This document shows, in pieces, positions 42,424-53,610 of a stretch of DNA of 64,000 nucleotides. The stretch comes from Amoebidium appalachense (lineage: Eukaryota > Protista > Ichthyosporea): assembly GCA_963693365.1 (NCBI GenBank), contig CAVNZM010000012.1, forward strand, positions 1,922,001-1,986,000, in the 5' to 3' direction. The number at the start of each line of letters is the position of its first letter. Positions within the stretch are counted from its first letter, which is position 1. Position numbers and translations under genes: made by a program. The notes under the pieces are model-generated. The model saw only the letters and a list, made by a program, of their open reading frames with translations, was not told where the DNA came from and searched no databases.

Positions 42424-42962
42424 GGGGGGGGGATCTCCCTACCATGACAAGAGAACGGCGGGTCGATCCGACGGACGCACTTGCAAAACCCAGCGCCGCA
42501 CGTGCATTCCCCAACCCGACCATCGCTAATCTCTGGGCGAGAGCCAATTGGGAACGGGCTAGATCACGCGATTTGCACGCCTCCTTTGCGTGAATTTTGG
42601 CCCGTGGGGCGTCGGCAATCGTTTCTGCTGCATGCTTTTCGGATTCTCGCGCTCCTTTTATGGTCATAGTCACGTGTTCGATCGCTTCACGGTGGGCCGA
42701 TTGCGAGAGATCCTCTTCCCGGGTTGCCGATTGTATTTTGGCACGTGAATGGGTGTCGAGTCGGGTCGATTGGATACCGGGTCGGGTCAGAACGGAGAGC
42801 ACTGATTGGTGGACGAACATGGTGCCTACTTCGACGTTTGCTCCCAAAATAGCCGCATCGTTGGCGGCGGCTTTGGCTTCGGCTTTACATCTGGTTGCTT
42901 GAGTCTTTTTTTTGTTTTTTTTTGTTTTTTTTTTGGTTTATTGGTGTGTGAGGGGCGGCGGC

Positions 42963-42993
<31 letters not shown>

Positions 42994-43862
42994 AGGGGGG
43001 GGGGAAGGGCGGGATAAGGGGGAAAAGGACGTGAAAGGGGGAGGTGTGGCTCTTGTGTGTGTGCCCTTTTTTGAGGAATTCGCTGTGTGCATGTGGGGGG
43101 GGGGGGGGGGGGGGGGCAGGGAGGGGAGGGAGGGGGGAGGGATCGTAATTGATCTCGGCAAAGGGCAAGGGGAGGCGGGGTTGGGGCAGGGTGGGAGGGG
43201 ATAGGTGAAATAGTAAATAACACGGAAATTCAAGAGGTAAAAACACCTAGTATCGGATATGTTCCCAGTAATTGCAAATCGGTGAAATACAAGTCGTGGA
43301 AATGAAGATTGATGATATGGGGTAAATGGCCGTGTGGGTAACAGTAAGGAGTGAATATGTGCCTGTATGTGTGTGGTGGTGGTGGTGGCGGTCCCCGGCC
43401 CTGGGGGGGGGGGGGGGGGGGGGGGAGAGAAAGGGGAGAGGGGGGGGGGGGGGGGGTGAGGAAGGGATGGGAGAGCTCAGTGAAAATAGGTGCACAAGTA
43501 GACGGGGTGAATGCCGAAAGAAAACGCTGGGCAGAAGAGAGAGAGAGGAGGTGATATAAGGTTGGAGAGGTGGGAGGCGGAGGGGAGGGGGATTAGGCAA
43601 ACGGTTTGTGCACCCCCAGGGGAGGGAGGGAGGCCAACGGGGAGGGGGGAGGGGGTAAGGAAGGGACGAGGGGGGGGGGGGGGGGGGGGAGATACATACC
43701 ACGGCCGGGGTGAGTTGGGAGGGAGCAAGTGGGCCAACGGAGGCGAGGAGTGGGCCCTGACGAGTCATAGTATTCTCAATGCTCATTGGTTGGGTTTGTG
43801 GCTGCGGGGTTATCTGATTGGGTGAGTTGGTTAGAGGGGGTGGGAAAGTTTTTTTTTTTTTT

Positions 43863-43908
<46 letters not shown>

Positions 43909-44315
43909 GGTATCGTGTGTTTCCTTTTTTCTTTCACTGTTCAGGCCTACACCAATCAGGGTTTCCACACACAATCCAATAAATAATACACCCACGCGTA
44001 GAAAAGCTACTGCAAATATATAAACTCGCCTCCACGTCCATCTCTTTTTGGTTACTCTTCCCCCTCCCCCCCTCCCCCAACACACACACACACAAAACCT
44101 CCCACACCCTTCCCCCCCAAAACCCCCCAGTTTGGCCTCTATAATGAGTTTGTTTTGTGCCCATCCTTGAATTATGCCGTACAATGGTAGTGGTTGGGGT
44201 GGGTTGCTGTGATGGCGGTGGTGGCGGCGACGATCTATGTCTGTACAGGTGTCTGTGTATGTCTGTGTCTGTGCGTGTGCGTGGGGAAGATGGGAAGGGG
44301 GGATGGAGGGAGGAA

Positions 44316-44348
<33 letters not shown>

Positions 44349-44800
44349 CTGGCTCGGAAGGGGGTGTACCGAGGACGGGTTGCTTTGTGGCGGCTTTCTG
44401 TTGGCCGTCACAGAACCGAAAACGGCACAAAAAAGGAACAGAAAGATGTTTCCACCCCCCATTGTGAATGGGTTTTAGAGGAGTAGTGAGGTATTTGGGT
44501 ATATCGGCACAAAGTTCAGCACATCAACAGGATTTGCAAGGAAAGCAAGGAAAAGGGATTAATAAGAAACAAAGGCTCGAAATCTGCTTTTATAACCTCT
44601 GTGGCTGGAAACTGATCGGGTGCATGTGGCCAAGGGGAATTGTACGAAATGATGTGCATGATGGTGTGATGCCTACGGGAATCGGTTTTCGTTTTCTGCC
44701 CCTCGGTTGTTCGAGTGAATCATGATATTGCAATATAAAGGGCTCGTGGGAAAAGTCGGGCTTTTTCGTTTTTTGCCCCTCCCAACCCGCCTCCCCCCTT

Positions 44801-44836
<36 letters not shown>

Positions 44837-45100
44837 ACAAAAAAAAAAAAAAAAAAAAAAAAAAAGGAAAAGAACAGGAAAAACAACAGAAACAACAACA
44901 ACAAAAAACCCCATCCCATCCCCTTCTCCTGCATGCTGAAATCTACACTGCTACATAGGCTACCACACCGTCCTGCGAGCCAGTAAACTTTAAGCACACA
45001 CGTTTGTGATACTATTTCTGCCCTAGAGTCCAGGACCGTTGAGAAGGTGGACCGGAGCATGATGATGAGAAATGCTATTGCGTATACATAAACACTGCGG
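40736..45100 (-). CDS. Precursor 'B', paralog of A: Ala-rich helical domain plus two Cys4 hairpin modules; 5' exons and signal peptide uncertain
   Basis: Exons 43813-43700, 42904-42443 (helical domain, EKHAAETIADAPRAKIHAKEACKSRD), one or two short exons at ~42270-42080, ~42033-41717 (…NRHRRQIDVGLVTRAQTCLADCYGNARGNFGTFWVCGQRAC), 40900-40736 (…QRFRGCVGQCYRTTNQFGPFYQCALGCILAQLG*). A hydrophobic VYVYAIAFLIIMLRSTFS near 45095-45040 may be the signal peptide. Confidence 0.7.
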
Positions 45101-45274
45101 TCGTGTTTTTAATGTTTTTTTAAAATTTTAAGTTTTCATGCATGCACGACTGCACGACATCGGGTGCACGTGGCAGCCTGCATCGGGGAATAAAAGGGAA
45201 CTGAGAGACCGGGGCATCATCCGTAACCACGTGAACCATAACTCCGTCATTTATATCGTAGTACATAACCACAC

Positions 45275-45312
<38 letters not shown>

Positions 45313-46232
45313 CCCGGGTCCCCATGTCCCCTTCCCTCCTCTATCCCCCCTCCCACCCCGGCCCCCCCCATACACACACATATGCACATACACAAAAACT
45401 TCCCCCATTCCAAAGTTGCGATGGGAAACTATAGTGTGATTTTTAGCATGAGGCTATGCAATCATACCAGAAAACGGCACACATAACACAGAATGTACAA
45501 AACATATTACTAAGTTGTGTGCACACACACGTCATTCTCAGTGAACAATTGAATTTTGTGTTGTGTGGGTATGGAAAACAACATCATAAAAATTAATCTC
45601 ACACCACATGACGAGCGACGTTTTAGTCATTCATTTTGCTCTTGTCGAAGTGGTGGGTTTTAATGAAGCGTGCTTCGATTTTCCACCCGATTCCCACCCA
45701 AACCTTGTACCAAAGTTTGACCTGGGCATGTGATAATGTCTACCACGTGCATGTACACGTGTTTGCACACGTAAACACGTGTATGCATGAGAAAGCACGT
45801 GTATGCATGGGAAAGCACGTGTATGCATGGGAAATTTTACATGGGCACATGTATAGCGTGCCGTCATTCTGTCCCGGGCCAACAGCCCCACTCAAATGTT
45901 GGGGTTGGGCAGTCAGCCTGGCAACGTGTCATCGACCCGTCAGATGCCCCGGGGCCCCGGGGAGGGGGGGGGGGGGGGGGGAGAAGGGGGTTGAAGAAGA
46001 ATAGAAGGACCCCCCCCCCCCCCCTCTGCACTGCAAAAGCCAGGATCGCAGGTTGCCCATAAGGATCCAAGGCCATACTGACTAAAAATAGATACCGTAC
46101 ACGTGCAAACCAAGTACACGTGTTTACACCTTATCAGCTTCGGTAATCTGCTATGTAGTCTCACAGAGATCACCACGAGATCCCGAACCTAATCACCCCA
46201 CACAAGCATGCCTTTTCCTGTAAGCACCCGTG

Positions 46233-46239
46233 TATAAAA
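46233..46239 (+). promoter_or_regulatory. TATA box upstream of gene C
   Basis: TATAAAA ~100 bp upstream of ATG 46338. Confidence 0.45.
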
Positions 46240-46337
46240 CACCCCTGGACTCTTGTCAAAACTCCCACACTCTCACTGCCACCTCTCCCTTCACATCAAA
46301 TCCACAATACACTCCTTCTTTCCCCCCCAGCCTCGCG

Positions 46338-46424
46338 ATGAAGTACGCCGTGTTTTTTGCATGTGTGGTTGCTGCCATTTGCAGTGTGGCAGTGGCCTAT
46401 GTCGGCCCGGCAGCCCACGAGGTG

Positions 46425-46475
<51 letters not shown>

Positions 46476-46868
46476 CCCCGCACCCCTTCTCTCCCGCTTC
46501 CACCCCCTCCAAAAAAAAAAAACCTAAATAAAATAAAAAGGGGGTTCCTGCACCCAAGGAACAAGTTACGTGAAAATACGTGTAAATGATATATCGACAC
46601 CTACTGTTACCAGAAGGGGGCTCCCACTAGTACTCTTTCAAGCCCTTCTCTGCCCATCCATTGGCATGTGCCTCCTCCTCATCTGGCCATGGTATGGCAC
46701 ACGTGCCCATGAACCCACAAACACGAACACCCGCGCATTGCTCACCCACCCTAATTGACAACCAGTAAGGCGTCCCCTTCACATAAAGATTCGAATAAGA
46801 GTTCGGGCATAATGTTTTCTTTGTGTATAGCTTTTCCTGCTTTTTTTATGTATGTCTTTTTTTTTTTT

Positions 46869-46915
<47 letters not shown>

Positions 46916-47279
46916 ATGGGGAGGGGGTGAATTTGTGTGTGTGTGGGTGGGTGGGGAGGCGGGGAGTGGATAAGGAGAGTTAAAGGTACAAAACGGCGAA
47001 GAAAGGAGACCCTACAGATGCTTCTTCATGCCTTACCAGCCAAATTTTATTCTTTCCAAAGCAGGGTTCACTCGAGCACCCAAAGTTATTAACTTTCGTA
47101 CTGTAACAGTTATAACCGCTACTATATAAAGCAATAGAAAAAGTAGGAACATAGCATTACAGGGTACTACCTGTCACATGGTGCAAAATTTGGTTCAGTG
47201 TATAATAGCAAACCGTATATATTAATCGACAGCAAATCTCCCCCTCCCTCCCCCCACCAGAAAAAAAAACGCATGCACG

Positions 47280-47312
<33 letters not shown>

Positions 47313-47421
47313 GCAAGGTACCCTACTGTGACATGGTGCAAGTTTTGTTTCAGTGTATAGTAACAAACCGTATATACTAACCGACTGCAAATCTCCCCCC
47401 CTCCCCCGCTCCCCACTCTGG

Positions 47422-47494
<73 letters not shown>

Positions 47495-48093
47495 TAAACA
47501 CACATACCCCCCCCCCCACACACACACACAAACACCCACCAGATGGACGATTGGAATGCGCCCCTGCCCTACCTCCTCGAGCCGGGCCCTGCCATTGGTC
47601 CGTTTGGGGACGAATCACACATGCGCACAACCAGGCAGGCCACTGGGCCTGAGGCTATGCCCTCGGCGGCGGAGATGCAAAGGTTGGCCACACAGTTCCG
47701 TACCTGTGTGCAGGGCTGCTTCACGGGTACGTGCACAGTACGTGGACAGTGTGCTTATGTGTCTGTCTGTGTGTGTGCACTGGTGTGTTCTTGTGTCTCT
47801 GTGTGCGTGTCTGCACGTCTTTGTGGATTTTTTTTGTTTTTGTTGTGTCGGAGTTTGCGCTGTGGGGAGGTGTGTTTGTGCGGGTACACATACTTTTGTG
47901 TGAGTGTGCAGTGTAGGGGATATTGGTCCGCAGAAGAAATAATATCTAAGCGAGGTAGGGGGTGGTTTTTGTTAAATCAAGTAGGGCCCCGTGAGCTTTT
48001 CGGGTGTAGCAACAAGATCTGGGAGAGCAAATACTTTTTATTAGCATTACTGTTTGTTTAATTTTCAAGTTTTAATGTTTTTTTCCCCGCGCA

Positions 48094-48127
<34 letters not shown>

Positions 48128-48309
48128 AAGCACTTTATTATCAAATTTGTTTTGTTGTTGTTAGCTTACCAAATTATTATTTTTTTGGGGGGGGGGGGGG
48201 GGGGGGGGGGCGTATGGAAGGAGGAATGTTGTTTATCTAATACTAGAAGTGTGAATAAAGTAATCAGATGGTCCTGATATGGGATTTTAACCGTTTGGAT
48301 ACATCTGTT

Positions 48310-48342
<33 letters not shown>

Positions 48343-48597
48343 ACACACACACACACGTACACCAACACACAGGTGCATCCGGCAACTTCAACAGTCTGTG
48401 GACCTGCTCCGACGCCTGCAACGTCGGCCCTGCCGGGGAGACCCCCCCCACCCCCTCCCCCCGTGGAACAGCTCCCCCCCGAGGCCAGAACATTCCGCAC
48501 GTGCCTCAACAACTGCTTCACAAGCGCAAGCGGAAACTTCGAGAACTTTTGGACTTGCTCTGGGAACTGCGCCCCGGCCGGTGGACCGTCTTCGTAG
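46338..48597 (+). CDS. Small secreted prepropeptide 'C' with two CX3C-X13-CX3C modules; +1 frameshift in a C-run between the modules
   Basis: Exons 46338-46421 (MKYAVFFACVVAAICSVAVAYVGPAAHE), 47543-47726 (…HMRTTRQATG…TQFRTCVQGCFTG), 48373-48597 (ASGNFNSLWTCSDAC…[one extra base in the C-runs at 48442-48462]…RTFRTCLNNCFTSASGNFENFWTCSGNCAPAGGPSS*). Confidence 0.8.
47163..47400. repeat. Imperfect ~85-bp direct repeat in intron 1 of gene C
   Basis: GGTAC…CACATGGTGCAA…TTCAGTGTATA…AAACCGTATATA…GCAAATCTCCCCC at ~47163-47245 and ~47317-47400, separated by (CA)n. Confidence 0.8.
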
Positions 48598-48935
48598 AGA
48601 GATGTCTTGCCGATAAAAAGTTTTGCATTTTCGTTACTTATTCAAAATGATTTTTTTTTTTTTTTTTTTTTGGAGGATTTGGATGGTGTCTGAACGTGGC
48701 CATGGGGTGGTGACGGGCCTAGCGAATTCTCTGTAATGGCATATGTTCCGACTGAATCATTTTTGGTTTAGGGTATTGAGTTTTCTCTTTTGAACCCGGC
48801 CAGATGTGGAGACATAAGGTATCGGTGACAACGGCAAAACATTCGTATATACGAAAATTATTGGTCTGTAAAATAAAGAGGACTGTTAAGGTTTTGTCCT
48901 TACCATTAGTGTGTGCCAGTAGAACCGTAGACGCC

Positions 48936-48978
<43 letters not shown>

Positions 48979-50460
48979 TCTCTCTCTCTCTACAAACGAG
49001 GCCTTGTATATCCCGGAGGCTTTGCCTCCCAGGTACGGAGACATGTATGATGCGTGTTTTTTATGACCACAGAACGTTCTTGAGCCGACCTTCCATACAT
49101 TCTTGCATTCACATTCGAGTACTCGTTCCTTTTTTTTTTTTTTTTTTGGGGTGCTCTGTCGAGTCCGATTTCATGGAGCTGCTACCATGTGTCACCAAAT
49201 ACCCCCCCCCCCCCCCCCCCCCCCCCCCCAAAAAAAAAGGGGGGGGGGGGGGGGGGGAGGGGGGGGAATGAATAAGGCCACCCATTCCTCCACCCATTCA
49301 CACACAAAGAGACATGATATAGCAAAACAACCAATATCCGTAAATCCACTCCTGCCATACCACGTATTCTTGTTACCGATGTTCAAGACGTTATGGCATC
49401 CGATGATCCCATTTTATAACCGTGACTGTATCACATGGTAGTTGGTCGCAAGGCTTCTTCGTATACAAAGGTGCTCGGGCCGAAAGCGTTATGCAGGGGT
49501 ATACGTGAAGGCATGGGGAAGAACGTATACAGATCTGGCCATCTGTCTATACTACACTTTCGACACTGCCCACATGCGTCCTGTGCACATGTGCAACTAT
49601 ATACGAATATATTAAAACAGACTGATATTGTTGCGTGCCCGTATCTCATTTCACAACGTGTCCGTTATCCAATCCACACGTACTAACTCAAGTAGCCAGT
49701 ACATGTGCACACAGACACGCTGTGTACCTCAGCACACCACACACGAGCAGATGATTTGATACACTGCAGCTCATGCACACACACACACACACACACACAC
49801 ACCGGCAGACAGCTGCACGGAGTCATCGACATGATGCAGCCCCCCCCCCTCCCCTTGTGCATTCGGGTCGAGTGGACGTACGCGTCCAGCAGCGGGAACC
49901 GCTACGCAACATTTCTGAGCAAAAAAAAGTGATCGATGTTTATTATGGGTCGAGACGAAGCTGGTTCAATTTAAACATACAATGATACGAACCCGGGATT
50001 ATCCGGACATCGTTTATTGGACACGAGAGAAGTCGCTACGTTTTTCGGTTCTACCTTAATGTCAGAGCCTGCCCCCCCCAAAAATTTGAAAGGCTATTGC
50101 CTAAGTAGGTAGCGAACTAAAAAAAAAATGAAAACAATGGCTGCTCTGATGCATCAACTCTTTCTAATTGGTCAATGATCAACGGGGTGTAGAAACACCT
50201 GCCTTAAGGCAAACAATAGAAATTGCCGGGTGAAAATCCCACAAGCTAATAAGAAAAATCTGCATCATTTCAACTTACAGGGTAGCAGTCGCTTAAAGAG
50301 GTGCACACACCATCCCCAATCGAATGTGTATACTAATATTTTAATCCCCTCAAAATGACCTACTAAAAAAGGAAAAACGCTAAGCTATAGGTATAACAGT
50401 ACATGTGACCATGTGTGGTAAAAACCGCATAAATATTTTACCAAATATGGTAAGAACCCC

Positions 50461-50597
50461 TTAACTCAACAGCTCTTCAAATGCATCCTTAAAGGCATCT
50501 GGGGGCTGCCCGCCCGACAGAGTCAACCTCTTTCCCTTCTGGTTCTCAAGCACAAAGAAGGGCACGCCCGTAATACCTCGTGCCTGGCCGGCCCATG

Positions 50598-50644
<47 letters not shown>

Positions 50645-51540
50645 AAGTCAAAAATCCATAGTTAGCGGAGAGCAAGAGAAAACAGTGAACAGGTGGCAGA
50701 AGCAAAAAGAAAACGGAGCTGAAAGAGCTCCATTTAGGGGTGGATTGGAGAGGGGGGATGGGGGGGGGGGGGGGGGGGGAGGGGGGGGGAGGGGGGGAAT
50801 ATAAATGTAAAGCATATTCTTCGAGGTCCCGGGGGAGGGGGGGGGGGGGGGGAGAAGATTCATCTTTACCCACCAAGCCAACGGAACCCCCCCCCCCCCC
50901 CCCCCCCCCCCCTTCTCCCACGGTATCTAAACAAACACCATATCAACAATAAAAACCCACAGAAACCGTTTCACCTCCCATGACAGACATGACACAGGTG
51001 AGATAACATCCCCCCCCACCCACACAAACACACACATACCACCAACACCACCACCACCACTCAAAAAAAAAAAAAATAACAATGAAAACAAAAAGGTAAA
51101 AATAAACACACCTTGCTGTCGACCTCCTTCTCCCCCTCTCCGGCCTTCCACCTGTTAATGACGTCATCGGGCAGGCCCACCTCCCGGGCAATCCTCTCGA
51201 GGACCTCGGCACTGCCAATGTCCTCCCCCTTTTCGAAGTAGGAACGGAACAGAGCACCAATCAAATCGTGCTGTTAAAGATGAAGGTATCAGTAATAGAG
51301 TAAACATGGTGGGGTAGCAGTGAGCCTGCACCGACTTTCTTCCCCCCCCCCACCACCACCACCCCCCTCCCCCAACCTAAACCCTCTACTTATTCCCTAA
51401 CCCTAGGTCCCTATAACCTCTTAATGTTTCACCTACCTCCCCCGACTTATACGCCCATCCACTCTTCACAACACACACACACTCCCATTTTCAAAAACCA
51501 ACCACATCTACGGACAGAGAGGGAGGAGGAAAGGGGAGAA

Positions 51541-51577
<37 letters not shown>

Positions 51578-52791
51578 GTAGGGGGAGGGAGCTAAGTGTA
51601 AGGACACTGAGGAGGAGAGAATAGACCAATTCGCGCAAGTGTGTGTGTATTGAAAAACCAACCACATCTACGGACAGGGAGGGAGGAGGAAAGGGGAGAA
51701 GGGGGGGGGGGGGGAGGGAGTAGGAGGTAGCTAAGTGCAAGGACACTGAGGAGGAGAGAATAGACCAATTCGCGCAAGTGTGTGTGTATGTGTGTGGGTG
51801 TGTGGGAGGGGGGGGGAGGGGGGGGGGGGGGGGAACAAAAGAGCAGAGGGATGCGGTGGTGGTGGTGATGGGTTTGGCAGCAGGAGGGGAAAGAGGGGGG
51901 GGGGGGGGGGGGGGAGGGGGGGAGGGGGGTAGGGGGCTATAAACCCACCTGCTTGCCAGTAGAGACTGCCAACTCAGACAAACGATGGCTAGAGCTCGTG
52001 TTCACCACCTTCCTCTCGTTTGTGAACTTGATTCCCAGCGCATACGCATCTGCTGCTTGCTGAAGCCGACCCCCCATGCGTTGAAATGTCCCCGGACCAT
52101 ATTTCTGATCGATGTATTCTTGAAGACCAACAGACTCTCCCGGTTTGGGAAAGCCCTTGTTCAGGAAAAACGGCTGTAGTACTTAAAGTGAGACAAGTGT
52201 ATGCTTGTGGTCCAGTAGAAAGGGAGGAAGGGGGGGGGGGGGGGGGAAGGGCGGAAAGAGGGGGGGGGGGGGGGGAGAGGGGGTGGAAGACGACGAGCGA
52301 ACCGGCCAGGGAACTGAGATGGGCGGCGGGAAGGGGGAGGGGGGAGGGAGGGATTTTAGAGGGGGAGGGGGAGGGGGGGGGGGGGAGAAGGGATGACTAA
52401 GGAAGTGAAGCGTAAGGGAAAGAAGAAAGAAGACAGATCTGGGTAAGTGGACGAGTGGACGAGACCAAAGGAGGAAGGGAGAAACAGTAGCAGAAAGAGG
52501 ACGGAGAGTGTAACCAGAGAAAACAAAAAAATGTTCGTGGTGGTTTGATTATAGAAAGGAGGGGGTGGGGTGGGGGTGGGGTGGGGGGGGGGGGGAGGGG
52601 GAGGGAGGGAGAGAAAGAATAAGAAAGGGAGGAATCCGAAAAGGGTCTGGCAAAGAATAGAGGAGGGCTGTCCAAAAACAAAAGAACCACAGTAAGTGCG
52701 GGGTGGGTGGGGAATGGGCGGGTGAATGAGTGGGTGGGTATGTGCACAGGTCATTGTGGTGAGATCGATGGGGTGGGCGGGGTTTTTTTTT

Positions 52792-52822
<31 letters not shown>

Positions 52823-53352
52823 GAGGGGGGGGAGGGGGAGGGGGGGGGGGGGAGGGGCGGACTGCGGCGGAGCAGGGTGCGTATTTGTTAATTGCAACAA
52901 AAAAAGAATCGAAATTATCACTTGGCTCCCAAAACAAACAACAAAAAAAGGTACTAAAAATTCACAAGAATCTTTTCGTCCAACTACTAGGAACAAAAAG
53001 GAGACGCGAATTGCGAGGAACAACCAAGACAGCCAAGATCTATAAACAATGTGGCCTGGTTGTAAGCTGCGACAGCGCGACGTGCGTGTACGTGTGGGTG
53101 TGCATGTGCACGCTTGTGTACGTGCGTGCATTAACCTACCAACCAGGTAACATCCAGGTTCACTCCCTCCTCCTTAGCCGCCTTCTCTAAGCTCTCACGG
53201 CCCACAAAGCACCAGGGGCAGATGTTGTCGCTTGTGACGGTGACTTTAAGAGTGCGCTGTGCCCCCGCCATTCCTGCTTGTTCTTTAAGTGTTGTGAAAG
53301 CACGTTGAAAGATAGATGGGACCTTACCCCTAATTTGAGCTAGGTTACTCAT
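50461..53352 (-). CDS. DSBA-like thioredoxin-fold oxidoreductase (FrnE-type), 4 exons
   Basis: Exons 53352-53140, 52173-51949, 51270-51112, 50598-50461, all phase 0. Active site TSDNICPWCFVG; WLPFFLN; VNTSSSHRL; LFRSYFEKGEDIG; GITGVPFFVL…LSGGQPPDAF. Confidence 0.92.
51493..51790. repeat. Tandem duplication (~160/137 bp) in a DSBA intron
   Basis: AAAAACCAACCACATCTACGGACAG…[poly-G of different length]…GCTAAGTG(T/C)AAGGACACTGAGGAGGAGAGAATAGACCAATTCGCGCAAGTGTGTGTGTAT occurs twice. Confidence 0.9.
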
Positions 53353-53429
53353 CAATGAAGTGCTTTACATGCGTATTGCTTGCACAACAGTGAGGTTTTT
53401 CAAAGTAAAACTCAGAAAAGTTTCCTGAA

Positions 53430-53610
53430 CTGACTAAACGAGTTCCTTTATATAGCTGAGAGCTCGACATGACGTCATGGTACACCAATCAGGTTGCGGG
53501 ATGCTCATGCAACTAGAATCCCCTAACCTCTCAAGCTTGAAGCGACCCCAAGATAAATATTTCGGTATTTTGATTTCATATAATATGAGTCAGACTCAAT
53601 GACTCATGAG
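53430..53610 (-). promoter_or_regulatory. DSBA-like gene promoter with TATA, CRE, CCAAT and AP-1/Yap-like sites
   Basis: TATATAAA (minus) ~53447-53454; TGACGTCA 53470-53477; CCAAT ~53485; TGAGTCA 53586-53592; TGACTCA 53600-53606; TGACTAA 53431-53437. Confidence 0.45.

Noticed and set aside
33000-48597. Small Tim (Tim9/10) identity for the twin CX3C modules
   Set aside because: Signal peptides, pro-regions, tandem modules and different conserved residues argue against mitochondrial small Tims.
49380-49930. Exon-like complex sequence on the minus strand
   Set aside because: Stops in the candidate frames, no phase-consistent model and no recognisable motif.
52060-52080. Apparent frameshift in DSBA exon 2 at a G-run
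   Set aside because: A recount gives ATG GGG GGT CGG, which is in frame; the exon is 225 bp.
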